Shown one piece after another: positions 31,187 to 41,314 of a DNA stretch of 64,000 nucleotides. The stretch comes from an uncultured Actinomycetota bacterium (GTDB lineage Bacteria; Actinomycetota; Actinomycetes; Propionibacteriales; Nocardioidaceae), in contig CAWHJI010000006.1 in the NCBI GenBank assembly GCA_963829635.1, positions 1,535 through 65,534 of the forward strand. The letters run 5' to 3'. Within the stretch, counting starts at the first letter, position 1, and each line of letters opens with the position of its first letter. Under the pieces are notes generated by a model. That model was not told where the DNA came from. It did no database searches and saw nothing but the letters and a program-made list of their open reading frames with translations. Both the position numbers and the translations under genes were made by a program.

Positions 31187-31888
31187 TCACGGAGCAGTGA
31201 TCTCCTGCTCGGTCCCGTAGTCGTCGAAGCCGATCGTGTAGGTCATCGCCTCGGTGTCGGGGTAGAAGACCCCGGTCAGCACGGCCTCGCGCAGCTCACC
31301 CTCGGCACTGATCGTGTACGACGCGTCGAAGTCGCCCTCCGCGCTCGGGATCACGTTGCTCACCACGTCGCCGGGCACGGTGCCGGTGTACTCCGTGAGC
31401 ACCTCCTTGTTGTCCTCGCCGCCGCGGACGCTCTCGCCCTGCTCCAGGTCGTCGCTGGCGGGCAGCAGGGAGGAGAAGCCGGCGTCGGGGCTCATCAGCG
31501 CGGCGGGGTCGGGGGCGCCGTACTCGCCCGGGTCGACCTTGGACCAGCCGGGCGTCAGCGGGATCTGGGCGTGGACCGTGTCGTCGACCGCGATCACCGG
31601 GACCTCGAAGTCGGTGCCGGAGAGCACGACCGTCAGGGTGCCGTCGAACGCGGGCGGGTGGATCCCGACGCCGGACGCCGACCTGATCGCGGTGACGCCG
31701 GAGGGCATGTTGCTGGCCGAGAGCGACAGCCGCACGCCGGAGGTCTCGTCGAGCGTGGTCTTGGCGAGCGCCATCACGTCCTCGGGGCTCTTGCCGTCGG
31801 AGACCGCATCCTCGCCACTGCATCCCGCGAGCGCCAGGACCGCCGTCAGGGCGGCAGCAAGTGCTGGGGAAGAGCGGCGCTGGAGCAT
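31187..31888 (-). CDS. LppX/LprAFG-family lipoprotein
   Basis: Lipobox LALAGC; DPAALMSPDAGFSSLL; same strand, directly upstream of the P55-like MFS. Confidence 0.8.
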   Translation of the reverse strand: MLQRRSSPALAAALTAVLALAGCSGEDAVSDGKSPEDVMALAKTTLDETSGVRLSLSASNMPSGVTAIRSASGVGIHPPAFDGTLTVVLSGTDFEVPVIAVDDTVHAQIPLTPGWSKVDPGEYGAPDPAALMSPDAGFSSLLPASDDLEQGESVRGGEDNKEVLTEYTGTVPGDVVSNVIPSAEGDFDASYTISAEGELREAVLTGVFYPDTEAMTYTIGFDDYGTEQEITAP

Positions 31889-31892
31889 GCGG

Positions 31893-34370
31893 TCAGCCTG
31901 ACACATCGGCGGCTGCGCCCAGCCGCGCCGCGACGGGGCCTGCGCAGGCCGCGATGGGCTGGCTGCCGGGTACGCCGGAGCCGTCCCGCCTGCCCGTGGC
32001 GGGCGGCAGCTCGACCGGGGCGCCGCTGGCGGCCGCCGCGCGGGGCGGCTCGAGGCCGGCCCACGCGAAGACCAGCGTGTCCTCACCCTTGAGGAAGCGG
32101 TGGCAGCGCACGCCGCCGGTGGCCCGGCCCTTGGGCGGGTACTCGCCGAACGGCGTCACCTTGACGGCGCCCGCCTCGGTGCCGGGCAGCGCCGTCGAGG
32201 AGCCGGACGCGGTGACCACCACCGACGTGGCGGGGTCGACGGCGCCGAACCAGGCGACGTGGTCATCGGCGCCGAGCTTGATTCCCGCGATCCCGCCACC
32301 GGAGCGGCCCTGCGGGCGGACCCCATCGGCACCGAAGTGGAGCAGCTGACCGCCGGCGCTGATGAAGCACAGGGTCTCCTCGCCGGTGGCGAGGTCGAGG
32401 GCGCCGACCACCTCGTCGTCGTCCTTGAGGCTGATCACCTCCCAGTCGTCGCGGCCCAGGACGTCGGGGTTGACCCGCTTCACCACGCCCTGGCGGGTGC
32501 CGAGCGCCAGGCCCGGTCCGTCCGCGGACAGCGCGGTCAGGGCCAGCGCGCGCTCGCCGGCGTCGAGGGGGAGCACCTCGCTGACCGGCAGCCCGCCCTG
32601 GAGGTTGGGGTCGTTGGCCGACGCCGGCAGCACGGCGCTGATGTCGAGCATGCCCAGCTTGATCACGCGCCCCCGGGACGTGAGCACCCCGATGTCGCCG
32701 CGGGCGGTGGTCCGGACGACGGAGACGATCACGTCGTGGTTGGTGCGGCCGCCGCCCGAGCCCGGCGGCTCGGCGGTGTTGGAGCGGGCGAGCAGCCCGC
32801 TGGAGGAGAGGTAGGCGAAGCACGGGTCGTCGGCCACCTCGAGGGGGACGGCGGCCGCGGTGACCGTCGTACCGGCCGACTCCAGCAGCACGGTGCGGCG
32901 CGGCGTCCCGTAGGTCTTGGCGACCTCGGCCAGCTCGTCGGAGACGACCTTCCGCAGCAGCGCGTCGTCGGCGAGGATCGCGTCGAGCTCCTCGATCGTG
33001 CGCTGGAGCTCCGACTGCTCCTTCTCCAGCTCGATCCGGGAGAACTTCGTGAGCCGGCGCAGCGGCATGTCGAGGATGTAGTCGGCCTGGGCGTCGGTGA
33101 GCTCGAAGACGGTGATCAGCCGCTCCTTGGCCGCGGCCGCGTTGTCGGAGGACCGGATCAGCTGGATCACCTCGTCGATGTCGAGGATCGCGATCAGCAG
33201 CCCCTCGACCAGGTGCAGCCGGTCGGCGGCCTTGCCGCGCCGGAAGACCGACCGGCGGCGTACGACGTCGAAGCGGTGCCCCAGGAAGACCTCCAGCAGC
33301 TCCTTGAGACCGAGCGTGCGCGGCTGCCCGTCGACCAGGGCGACGGTGTTGATGCCGAAGGTGTCCTCCATCGGGGTCAGCTTGTAGAGCTGCTCGAGCA
33401 GCGCCTCGGGGTGGAAGCCGTTCTTGACCTCGATCACGAGCCGGAGCCCCTTCTCGCGGTCGCTGAGGTCCTTGATGTCGGCGATCCCGGCCAGCTTCTT
33501 GGTCTGCACCAGCACCTTGATCCGCTCGATCACCTTCTCGGTGCCGACGCCGTAGGGCAGCTCGGTGACCACGATGCCCTTGCGCCGGCCGACGCTCTCC
33601 ACCCGCGCGGTGGCGCGCATGCGGAACGTGCCGCGGCCGGTCTCGTAGGCGTCGCGGACGCCGTCGAGGCCGACGATCTTGCCGCCGGTGGGCAGGTCGG
33701 GACCGGGGATGAACCGCATCAGTCCGTCGACGCCGGTGTTGGGGTGGGAGATCAGGTGCCGCAGCGCCTGGACCACCTCGATCAGGTTGTGCGGGGCGAT
33801 GTTGGTCGCCATCCCGACGGCGATGCCGGTCGTGCCGTTGACGATCAGGTTGGGGATCGCCGCGGGCAGCACCGCGGGCTCGAGCTCGCGGCTGTCGTAG
33901 TTGGGCTTGAAGTCGACGGTGTCCTCGTCGATCGAGGCCGTCATCGACACCGCCGCCGGCGCCATCCGGCACTCGGTGTAGCGCATGGCCGCCGGAGAGT
34001 CGTCAGGAGAACCGAAGTTTCCGTGGCCGTCGATCATCGGGACCCGCATCGACCACGGCTGGGCCATCCGGACGAGGGCGTCGTAGATCGCGGTGTCGCC
34101 GTGGGGGTGCAGCCGGCCCATCACCTCGCCGACGACGCGGGCGCTCTTGACGTGGCCGCGGTCGGGCCGCAGGTTCATGTCGTTCATCGTGAACAGGATC
34201 CGGCGCTGCACCGGCTTGAGACCGTCGCGGGCGTCGGGCAGGGCCCGGGAGTAGATGACGGAGTAGGCGTACTCGAGGAACGAGGCGCGCATCTCGTCAC
34301 CCACGTCGATGTCGAGGATGTGCTCCTCGAAGTCGTCGGGGACTTCCTGCTTCGTCGTACGCCGGGCCAT
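31893..34370 (-). CDS. parC: DNA topoisomerase IV subunit A (GyrA paralogue)
   Basis: RALPDARDGLKPVQRR, HPHGD, GNFGS, AAMRYTE, GIAVGMATNI, PDLPTGG. Confidence 0.92.
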   Translation of the reverse strand: MARRTTKQEVPDDFEEHILDIDVGDEMRASFLEYAYSVIYSRALPDARDGLKPVQRRILFTMNDMNLRPDRGHVKSARVVGEVMGRLHPHGDTAIYDALVRMAQPWSMRVPMIDGHGNFGSPDDSPAAMRYTECRMAPAAVSMTASIDEDTVDFKPNYDSRELEPAVLPAAIPNLIVNGTTGIAVGMATNIAPHNLIEVVQALRHLISHPNTGVDGLMRFIPGPDLPTGGKIVGLDGVRDAYETGRGTFRMRATARVESVGRRKGIVVTELPYGVGTEKVIERIKVLVQTKKLAGIADIKDLSDREKGLRLVIEVKNGFHPEALLEQLYKLTPMEDTFGINTVALVDGQPRTLGLKELLEVFLGHRFDVVRRRSVFRRGKAADRLHLVEGLLIAILDIDEVIQLIRSSDNAAAAKERLITVFELTDAQADYILDMPLRRLTKFSRIELEKEQSELQRTIEELDAILADDALLRKVVSDELAEVAKTYGTPRRTVLLESAGTTVTAAAVPLEVADDPCFAYLSSSGLLARSNTAEPPGSGGGRTNHDVIVSVVRTTARGDIGVLTSRGRVIKLGMLDISAVLPASANDPNLQGGLPVSEVLPLDAGERALALTALSADGPGLALGTRQGVVKRVNPDVLGRDDWEVISLKDDDEVVGALDLATGEETLCFISAGGQLLHFGADGVRPQGRSGGGIAGIKLGADDHVAWFGAVDPATSVVVTASGSSTALPGTEAGAVKVTPFGEYPPKGRATGGVRCHRFLKGEDTLVFAWAGLEPPRAAAASGAPVELPPATGRRDGSGVPGSQPIAACAGPVAARLGAAADVSG

Positions 34371-34459
34371 GCCCGCCATTCTTGCTCCCGCCACCGACGC
34401 GTCACCGCCGGGCACGCCGAATGGACTCGTTGGGTCGGGTATGGGCGGGCGGGCTGGTG

Positions 34460-34735
34460 TTCGGTGGTCGAGTAGGGCCGAGGGACGAGGCCGTATCGAG
34501 ACCTGGTGGGGTGGGTCTCGATGCGCTCGCTGGCGCTCGCTACTCGACCAGCGAGCACGGGGCGGGGAATGGGTTCGGTGGTCGAGTAGGGCCGAGGGAC
34601 GAGGCCCGTATCGAGACCTGGTGGGGTGGGGTCTCGATACGCTCGCTGGCGCTCGCTACTCGACCAGCGAGCACGGGGCGGCGGAATGGGTTCGGTGGTC
34701 GAGTAGGGCCGAGGGACGAGGCCCGTATCGAGACC
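34460..34735. repeat. array of five alternating inverted REP-like units (BIME/REPIN-like; period 114-117 bp)
   Basis: ttcggtggtcgagtagggccgagggacgaggcc(c)gtatcgagacc at 34460, 34574, 34691; ggtctcgatRcgctcgctggcgctcgctactcgaccagcga at 34514, 34630. Confidence 0.93.
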
Positions 34736-34794
34736 ATCCACAGGTCTTGCGACGCCCCGTTGCCGCATCGACCGTGCGGCGCCAGGCTGCAGAG

Positions 34795-35073
34795 ATGGCG
34801 TATGTGTACATGCTCGAGTGCAGCGACGGGTCGCTGTACGTCGGCAGTGCGCGGAACCTCGATGCCCGCGTCTACCAGCACAGCATCGGCGAGGGTGCGG
34901 CGTACACCCGCCGCCGTTTACCGGTTCGCCTGGTGTGGCACGAGGAGCACGAGAACATCGGTGCCGCGTTCGCACGCGAGAAACAGGTCCAGAACTGGAG
35001 CCGCGCGAAGAGGCTGGCGCTGATCGCCGGGGATTACTCCAGCCTGCCGCCGCTGTCGAAGAAGCAGTTCTGA
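34795..35073 (+). CDS. stand-alone GIY-YIG nuclease (UPF0213/YhbQ-like, 92 aa)
   Basis: YVYMLECSDGSLYVGS, RVYQH, YTRRRLPVRLV, AFAREKQVQNWSRAKR. Confidence 0.92.
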   Translation: MAYVYMLECSDGSLYVGSARNLDARVYQHSIGEGAAYTRRRLPVRLVWHEEHENIGAAFAREKQVQNWSRAKRLALIAGDYSSLPPLSKKQF

Positions 35074-35229
35074 GGTCTCGATACGGTCGCTGCGCGACCT
35101 ACTCGACCACCGAACCCGTGTGCCGGGCGACCTACTCGACCACCGAACGCCCCGCAGGGTCTCGATACGTCCTGAGCGACCTACTCGACCACCGAACACC
35201 CGAGGGCTCCCAACCTGCTCGACCACCGA
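35074..35229 (+). repeat. four tandem REP-like units (two full, two half) directly after the nuclease stop codon
   Basis: ggtctcgatacg...ctactcgaccaccgaa at 35074 and 35158; half copies at ~35127 and ~35214. Confidence 0.9.
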
Positions 35230-35292
35230 CCGCCGCCACGGGCTTCATGCGCCGGGCACGCCGAATTCGCCCACGGGCGCTAGATTTCGTGC

Positions 35293-38005
35293 GTGACCGG
35301 CATCCACCACACCGACGAGGAGGTCGCGCCGGCGCCCCGCCACTGGGAAGCCGACGTCCTCCTCCGCGACGGCGGTACGGCGCACATCCGGCCGATCCGG
35401 CCGGAGGACGCGCAGCTGCTCGTCGAGTTCTACGGGCGGGTGTCCGACGAGTCGAAGTACTACCGCTTCTTCAGCCCGATGCCGCGCCTGGCCGACAAGG
35501 ACGTCAAGCGGTTCACGCAGGTCGACCACGTCGACCGGGTGGCGTTCATCATGATGCTCGGCGGCGAGATGATCGCCGTGGGGCGCTACGACGTGGTGAA
35601 GCCGGCCGAGGCCGAGGTCGCCTTCCTGGTCGAGGACAAGCACCAGGGCCGTGGGATCGGGCAGCTTCTGCTGGAGCACCTCGCCCAGGCGGGACGCGAG
35701 CGCGGGGTCGAGCGCTTCCTCGCCGAGATCCTGCCCGACAACCAGAAGATGATCGGCACCTTCCGGGACGCCGGCTACCGCGTGGTCAGCGAGTACGACG
35801 AGGGCGTGATGGTCCTCGAGTTCCCGATCGACCCCACCGACACGGCGATGGGGGTGATGGCCAACCGCGAGCACCGGGCGGAGGCCGCGTCCATCGAGCG
35901 CTTCTTCACCCCGCGCGCCGTCGCGGTGATCGGGGCCAGCCGCCGGCAGGACACGATCGGCCAGGCGCTGGTCCGCAACCTGGTGATGGGCAACTACACC
36001 GGGCGGGTCTACGCCGTGAACCAGACCTCCGACTCGGTCTCCGGCCTGCCGTCGTACAAGTCGGTGACCGACATCCCGGGCGACGTCGACCTCGCGATCG
36101 TCGCCGTCCCCGCCGAGTCGGTCGAGGACGTCGTCCTCGACTGCGCCGCCAAGGGCATCCACGGGATGGTGGTGATCTCGTCCGGCTTCGCCGAGACCGG
36201 CGAGGAGGGCCGCCAGCGGCAGCGCCGGCTGGTGGGCCTGTCCCGGTCCTACGGGCTGCGCCTGATCGGGCCGAACTGCCTCGGGGTGATCAACACCGAC
36301 CCGGATCTCTCGCTGAACGCGTCGTTGTCGAGCCTGATGCCGCCGCGCGGCCGGGCCGGCTTCTTCTGCCAGTCGGGCGCCCTGGGCTCCGCGATCCTGG
36401 AGAAGGTCAACAACCGTGGCCTCGGGCTCTCCACGTTCGTCAGCGCCGGCAACCGCGCCGACGTCTCCGGCAACGACCTGCTTGCAGTTCTGGGAGGAGG
36501 ACGACGCCACCGAGGTGGTGCTGCTCTACCTCGAGTCGATCGGCAACCCGCGGAAGTTCTCCCGGATCGCGCGCCGGGTCTCGCTGCGCAAGCCGATCAT
36601 CGCGGTCCGGTCGGGCGGTACGACGCAGGGTGTCCCGATGGGCCACGCGGTCCGCCAGATCGCGGCGCCGCCGCAGGCGGTGGACGCGATGTTCCGGCAG
36701 GCCGGGGTGATCCAGGTGGACACGCTGGAGGAGATGTTCGACGTCGCCCAGCTGCTGGCCCACCAGCCCCTCCCGCGCGGGCGCCGGGTGGCGATCGTCG
36801 GCAACTCCGACGCCCTCGGCCTGCTCGCGGCCGACGCGGCGGCCTCGGTCGGCCTCGTGGTCAACAAGTCGGTCGCGCTCGGTGCGGAGGCGACCGCCGA
36901 GGACTTCGAGGACGCCCTGGACGACGCGATCGACGACCCCGACATCGACTCGGTCGTCGCCGTCTACATCCCACCGCTGAACGTGTCGGGGGAGGACGTC
37001 GCCAACGTCCTCGCCGCGGTCGGCGAGCAGTCCGACAAGCCGCTGGTCTCCTCGTTCCTCGGGGCCGAGGGAGTGCCGGAGCTGCTCCGGGTGCCGGACG
37101 TGGCCGGGCACACCGCCGGACGCGGGTCGGTCCCGTCCTACCCCGCGGTCGAGGCGGCGGTCCGCGCCCTCGCGCGGGTGGTCGGCTACGCGATCTGGCT
37201 GCGCACTCCCGACGGCCCCACCGTCGCCGCCGAGGACGTCGACGCGATGGCCGCGAAGGAGCTGGTGACCGAGGTGCTGGCCGAGGCGCCCGACGGCACC
37301 GACCTCAGCCAGCCGCAGCTGACCCGGCTGCTGGCGGCGTACGGCATCGAGCTCTGGGAGGCGCGCCCGGTCACCACGGTCGAGGAGGCGCGCTCGGTGG
37401 GCCGCGCGATGGGTTGGGACGTGGTGCTGAAGGCCACCGCCGACCACCTGCGCGAGCGCCCCGACCTCGCCCACGTCTGGCGCAACATCGACACCGCGGC
37501 CGAGATGCGCGATGCCTGGGAGTCGCTGAACACCCTGATCACCGACTCGGGGAACGCCGGCTTCGTGGTGCAGAAGAACTCCCCGCCGGGAGTGCCGGTC
37601 GCGATCCGCAGCATCGAGGACCCGCTCTTCGGGCCGGTCGTGTCGTTCGGGATCTCGGGTCCCCTGATCGAGCTGCTCGAGGACAAGGCCTACCGGATCC
37701 CGCCCCTGACCGGCGGCGACGCGGCCGCGATGGTGCGCGAGATCAAGTCCTCGCCGATGCTGTTCGGCTACCGCGGCAGCGAGGTCGTCGACGTGTCGGA
37801 GATCGAGCGGCTGATCCTGCGGGTGGCCACGCTCCAGCACGACCTGCCCCAGATCAGCTCCCTGGAGCTCTCGCTCGTCCTCGCCGGCGCCGACGGGACC
37901 CGGGTGCTCACCGCCGTGGGCCGGGTCGACCCGGTGCTCGACCCCCGCTCGGACTGGTTCGTCCGGCGCCTCCCGCGCCCGCCGGGGGACACCCTGTCGG
38001 ACTGA
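35293..38005 (+). CDS. PatA-type protein lysine acetyltransferase: N-terminal GNAT + NDP-forming acyl-CoA synthetase-like domain (frameshift ~36481)
   Basis: HQGRGIG GNAT motif; AVAVIGAS, RLIGPNCLG, QSGALG, SAGNRADVS, LYLES, DPLFGPVV. Confidence 0.88.
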
Positions 38006-38060
38006 GGGACGGGTCAGGCTCGGTGCCGCAGCGGCGGTGCCGCGTGACAGACTGCCGCAC

Positions 38061-38648
38061 ATGCGCACACGCACGACCGAGGACCGCGACCGCGCCGGGG
38101 AGCTGCGGAAGGCCATCGACCGCACGGGCTACTACCCCGAGGTGGTCGGGGACGGCGTCGAGGCGGCCGTCGCGGGGGAGCAGGTCGTGTCCTACTACGT
38201 CCACCACGAGCCGACCTTCGAGCGCGACGAGGTACGCCGCCACCTCACCGTGGTCGTGCTCACCCCGACCCGGCTGATCCTCGCCCACACCGACGAGCAC
38301 GCCGCCGACGACCTGCTGCCCGACCCCTACACCTCGACCTCCACCGAAGCCATCCGGCTCAGCTCGGTGCGGTCGGTGGTCGTCACCCGGATGACGGCCA
38401 ACCCGACCGACGGGCCGAGCCACCCGGCCGAGGCCGTGATGACGGTGGGGTGGGGCGGCGTGAGCCGGATCGACCTCGAGCCGGCGGGCTGCTCGGACCC
38501 CGAGTGCGACGCCGACCACGGCTACACCGGCGTGCTCGCCTCCGACGACTTCTCGCTGCGCGTCTCCGCGACCGCCGACGGTTCGGATGCGGTCGGCGGG
38601 CTGCTGTCGTTCGCGGAGTCCCTCTCGGCCCGCACCCACGAGGCCTGA
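38061..38648 (+). CDS. DUF5998-like protein
   Basis: IDRTGYYPEVV, HHEPTF, LILAHTDE, IDLEPAGCSDPECDADHGYTG. Confidence 0.82.
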   Translation: MRTRTTEDRDRAGELRKAIDRTGYYPEVVGDGVEAAVAGEQVVSYYVHHEPTFERDEVRRHLTVVVLTPTRLILAHTDEHAADDLLPDPYTSTSTEAIRLSSVRSVVVTRMTANPTDGPSHPAEAVMTVGWGGVSRIDLEPAGCSDPECDADHGYTGVLASDDFSLRVSATADGSDAVGGLLSFAESLSARTHEA

Positions 38649-38657
38649 CCCGCCCCG

Positions 38658-39776
38658 ATGACGGAGTTCGTCGAGCCGGCCTACCGGCGGCGCTCACTCG
38701 GTGACGTGGTCCCGGCCGTCGCCGCCGCGTTGGGCGCCTCGATCGGCGACGAACCGTCCGGGCTGGAGTTCCCGAGCGGCCCGTCGTACGTCGTCTTCCT
38801 GGTCGACGGGCTGGGTGCCGAGCTGCTCGGCCGGCACGCCGAGGACGCACCCTTCCTCTCCTCGCTGCTCGACGGGCAGGCGGCGGGAACCGCCGGCGTC
38901 CCGTCGACCACGGCCACCAGCCTCACCTCGCTCGGGACCGGCCTGCCACCGGGCGCGCACGGCCTGGTCGGGTTCACCTCGCGGATCCCGGGCACCGACA
39001 ACCTCCTGAACGCGCTCTTCTGGGACAAGGCGGTCGACCCGCTGGAGTGGCAGCCGCACCCGACCGCGTTCGCGCGCCTGGCCGGCGCCGGCGTGCACGT
39101 GACCAGCGTGAACAAGCGGGAGTTCAGGGAGAGCGGCCTCACGGTCGCCGCCCACCGCGGCGCCGACTACGTCGGCGCGGACCGGGTGGGGGAGCGGATC
39201 GCCGGGGTGGTGGCGGCGTCGGGGCGGCGGCCGTCGCTGACCTACATGTACGACGGCGACCTCGACTGGACCGGCCACCGGTTCGGGGTCGACTCCAGCC
39301 AGTGGCGCCAGCAGCTCGCGATGGTCGACGCCGAGGCCGAGCAGCTGCGCGACACGCTCCCGGAGCAGACCCGGCTGGTGGTGGTGGCCGACCACGGCAT
39401 GGTGGACAGCCCGCCCGACCGCCGGATCGACGTCGACGACCGGCTGGAGCTGCGCGACGGGCTGGCGCTGATGGGTGGCGAGGCGAGGTTCCGCCACCTC
39501 TACTGCCGCGGCGGCGCCGTCGACGACGTGCTCGCGACCTGGCGCTCGGTGCTCGGTGACCGGGCGGAGGTCCTCTCACGGGACCAGGCCGCGGAGCGCG
39601 GGTGGTTCGGCGAGCTCACCTCCCCGGTCCGGCCGCGGATCGGGGACGTGGTGGTCGCCTGCCGTGACGACACGGCGGTCGTCTCGACCCGCGACTTCGG
39701 CTACGAGGCGACCCTCATCGGTTTGCACGGGTCGCTCACCCCGGCCGAGATGCTGATCCCCATCCTGGTCTGCTGA
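38658..39776 (+). CDS. alkaline phosphatase superfamily nucleotide pyrophosphatase/phosphodiesterase
   Basis: LVDGLG, PSTTATSL, DLDWTGH, ADHGM, GLHGSLT. Confidence 0.88.
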   Translation: MTEFVEPAYRRRSLGDVVPAVAAALGASIGDEPSGLEFPSGPSYVVFLVDGLGAELLGRHAEDAPFLSSLLDGQAAGTAGVPSTTATSLTSLGTGLPPGAHGLVGFTSRIPGTDNLLNALFWDKAVDPLEWQPHPTAFARLAGAGVHVTSVNKREFRESGLTVAAHRGADYVGADRVGERIAGVVAASGRRPSLTYMYDGDLDWTGHRFGVDSSQWRQQLAMVDAEAEQLRDTLPEQTRLVVVADHGMVDSPPDRRIDVDDRLELRDGLALMGGEARFRHLYCRGGAVDDVLATWRSVLGDRAEVLSRDQAAERGWFGELTSPVRPRIGDVVVACRDDTAVVSTRDFGYEATLIGLHGSLTPAEMLIPILVC

Positions 39777-39790
39777 GCCGGTCTGCTGCG

Positions 39791-41284
39791 TCACTCGGGC
39801 TCGTTGCCCGGGTCGCCGCCGATCCGGTAGGACGAGCGGATCCCGTCGTACATCAGGTGGGCCACCAGGCCTTCCGCCGCGTGGGGCAGGTTGTGGCAGT
39901 GGTCCATCCACAGCCCGGGGTTGTCGGCCAGGAACGCGACTTCGTAGGTCTCGTCGATGCCGACCTCGAGCGAGTCCACCCACCACGGGCTGCCGGTGGC
40001 CGGCTCGCCGTTGCGGGACAGCACCACGGCGTGGTGGCCGTGCAGGTGCATCGGGTGGGTGTCGCCGCTGTTGTTCTCGATCCGGAACACCACGACGTCA
40101 CCCTCGGACACCATGAACATCGGGACGTCGGGGAACATCCCACCGTTGATCGTCCACCAGACTCCCGGCTTGCCGTCGAGGAATCCCGGACGCTTGCCGA
40201 TCCGGTAGTCGAACGACCGGTCGGGGTCGTCGGTCTCGAAGGGGAGCCCGGCGGGCTCGCCGTAGGCGAGCAGGTCGACCGGCTCCTCGTCGGGGACCAC
40301 CGGGGGCGCGCCACCGGTCGGGTCGTCGCCGAGCACCATGGTCGTGGTCCCGGCGAAGTCGACCCGGACCCCGTCGGCCGGCACCGTCAGGCCGAGGTCC
40401 ACCCGGCCACCCGCGGTGACGCTGATCGGTAGGCCCTCCACCTCCTCCGGGGCGTTGACGTCGGTCCCGTCCACGGCCAGCACCTCGTACGGCGCCCCGG
40501 TCACCCAGACCGGTGCGAGGCCGTTGTCGGTGTTCACGACCCGGAGCCGGACCCGGTCTCCCGGCTCGGCATCGACGACGGTCGTTCCCGGCTCTCCGTT
40601 CAGGGTGGGCGCGTCGTCGTACAGGTGGAGCAGCGCCAGCTGGTCCAGCTCGTCGGTCGGCTGATGGCGCGGCTCGATGACGACGGCCCCGAGCAACCCG
40701 CGCTGGACCTGCTCGTGGGAGACCTGGTGCGAGTGGTACCAGAACGTGCCGACCTGATCGGCGGCGAACCGGTAGACGTACCGCTCACCTGGCGCGACCG
40801 CGTCCTGGGTGACCCCGGCAACGCCGTCGGCGGCGTTCGGGACGTCGAGGCCGTGCCAGTGCAGCGTCGCGCCGTCGGTGACGTTCTCGTTGACGAGCGT
40901 CACCTCGACCAGGTCGCCCTCGGTGGCCCGCAGCTCCGGGCCGGGGGAGGTGCCGTTGACCGTGTAGCGCTCACCGTCCTCACGGACGGTGAAGGTGGCG
41001 GTGACGTCCGGGGTGGCCTCGAGGTCCGCCGTCAGGTCCGCGACCGCGGGGCCGTGGCCGGCGTGGGCCCCGTGCCCGCCGGGGACCGCGCCCGAGGCGT
41101 GGTGCCCGGGGGCGGCGGGGCCGGGCTCACCCGCCGGTCCACCACCCCAGTCGACGTAGCCCATCTCGGCCATGTCGTAGCTGTCCGGCAGCAGGCTGGC
41201 CTGCCAGAAATAGCCCAGGGGCAGCAGGACGACGGCCGTGGCCGCGCTGGCGAGCCACAGCCGTCGTCTCGGTCGTGCCGTCAC
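39791..41284 (-). CDS. multicopper oxidase family protein
   Basis: LHWHG, WYHSH, HPMHLHGH, WMDHCHNLPHAAEGL. Confidence 0.92.
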   Translation of the reverse strand: MTARPRRRLWLASAATAVVLLPLGYFWQASLLPDSYDMAEMGYVDWGGGPAGEPGPAAPGHHASGAVPGGHGAHAGHGPAVADLTADLEATPDVTATFTVREDGERYTVNGTSPGPELRATEGDLVEVTLVNENVTDGATLHWHGLDVPNAADGVAGVTQDAVAPGERYVYRFAADQVGTFWYHSHQVSHEQVQRGLLGAVVIEPRHQPTDELDQLALLHLYDDAPTLNGEPGTTVVDAEPGDRVRLRVVNTDNGLAPVWVTGAPYEVLAVDGTDVNAPEEVEGLPISVTAGGRVDLGLTVPADGVRVDFAGTTTMVLGDDPTGGAPPVVPDEEPVDLLAYGEPAGLPFETDDPDRSFDYRIGKRPGFLDGKPGVWWTINGGMFPDVPMFMVSEGDVVVFRIENNSGDTHPMHLHGHHAVVLSRNGEPATGSPWWVDSLEVGIDETYEVAFLADNPGLWMDHCHNLPHAAEGLVAHLMYDGIRSSYRIGGDPGNEPE

Positions 41285-41314
41285 TGTTGATGCGTCCAGA
41301 TGGCGCGCGTTCCC

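Noticed and set aside
26390-34370. Second DNA gyrase or unusual split topoisomerase
   Set aside because: Separated, convergent parE/parC near the principal sigma gene is the known actinobacterial topo IV arrangement.
34460-35229. CRISPR array
   Set aside because: Units alternate in orientation, the intervening sequences are themselves repeated rather than unique spacers, and no cas genes are present; REP/BIME-like instead.
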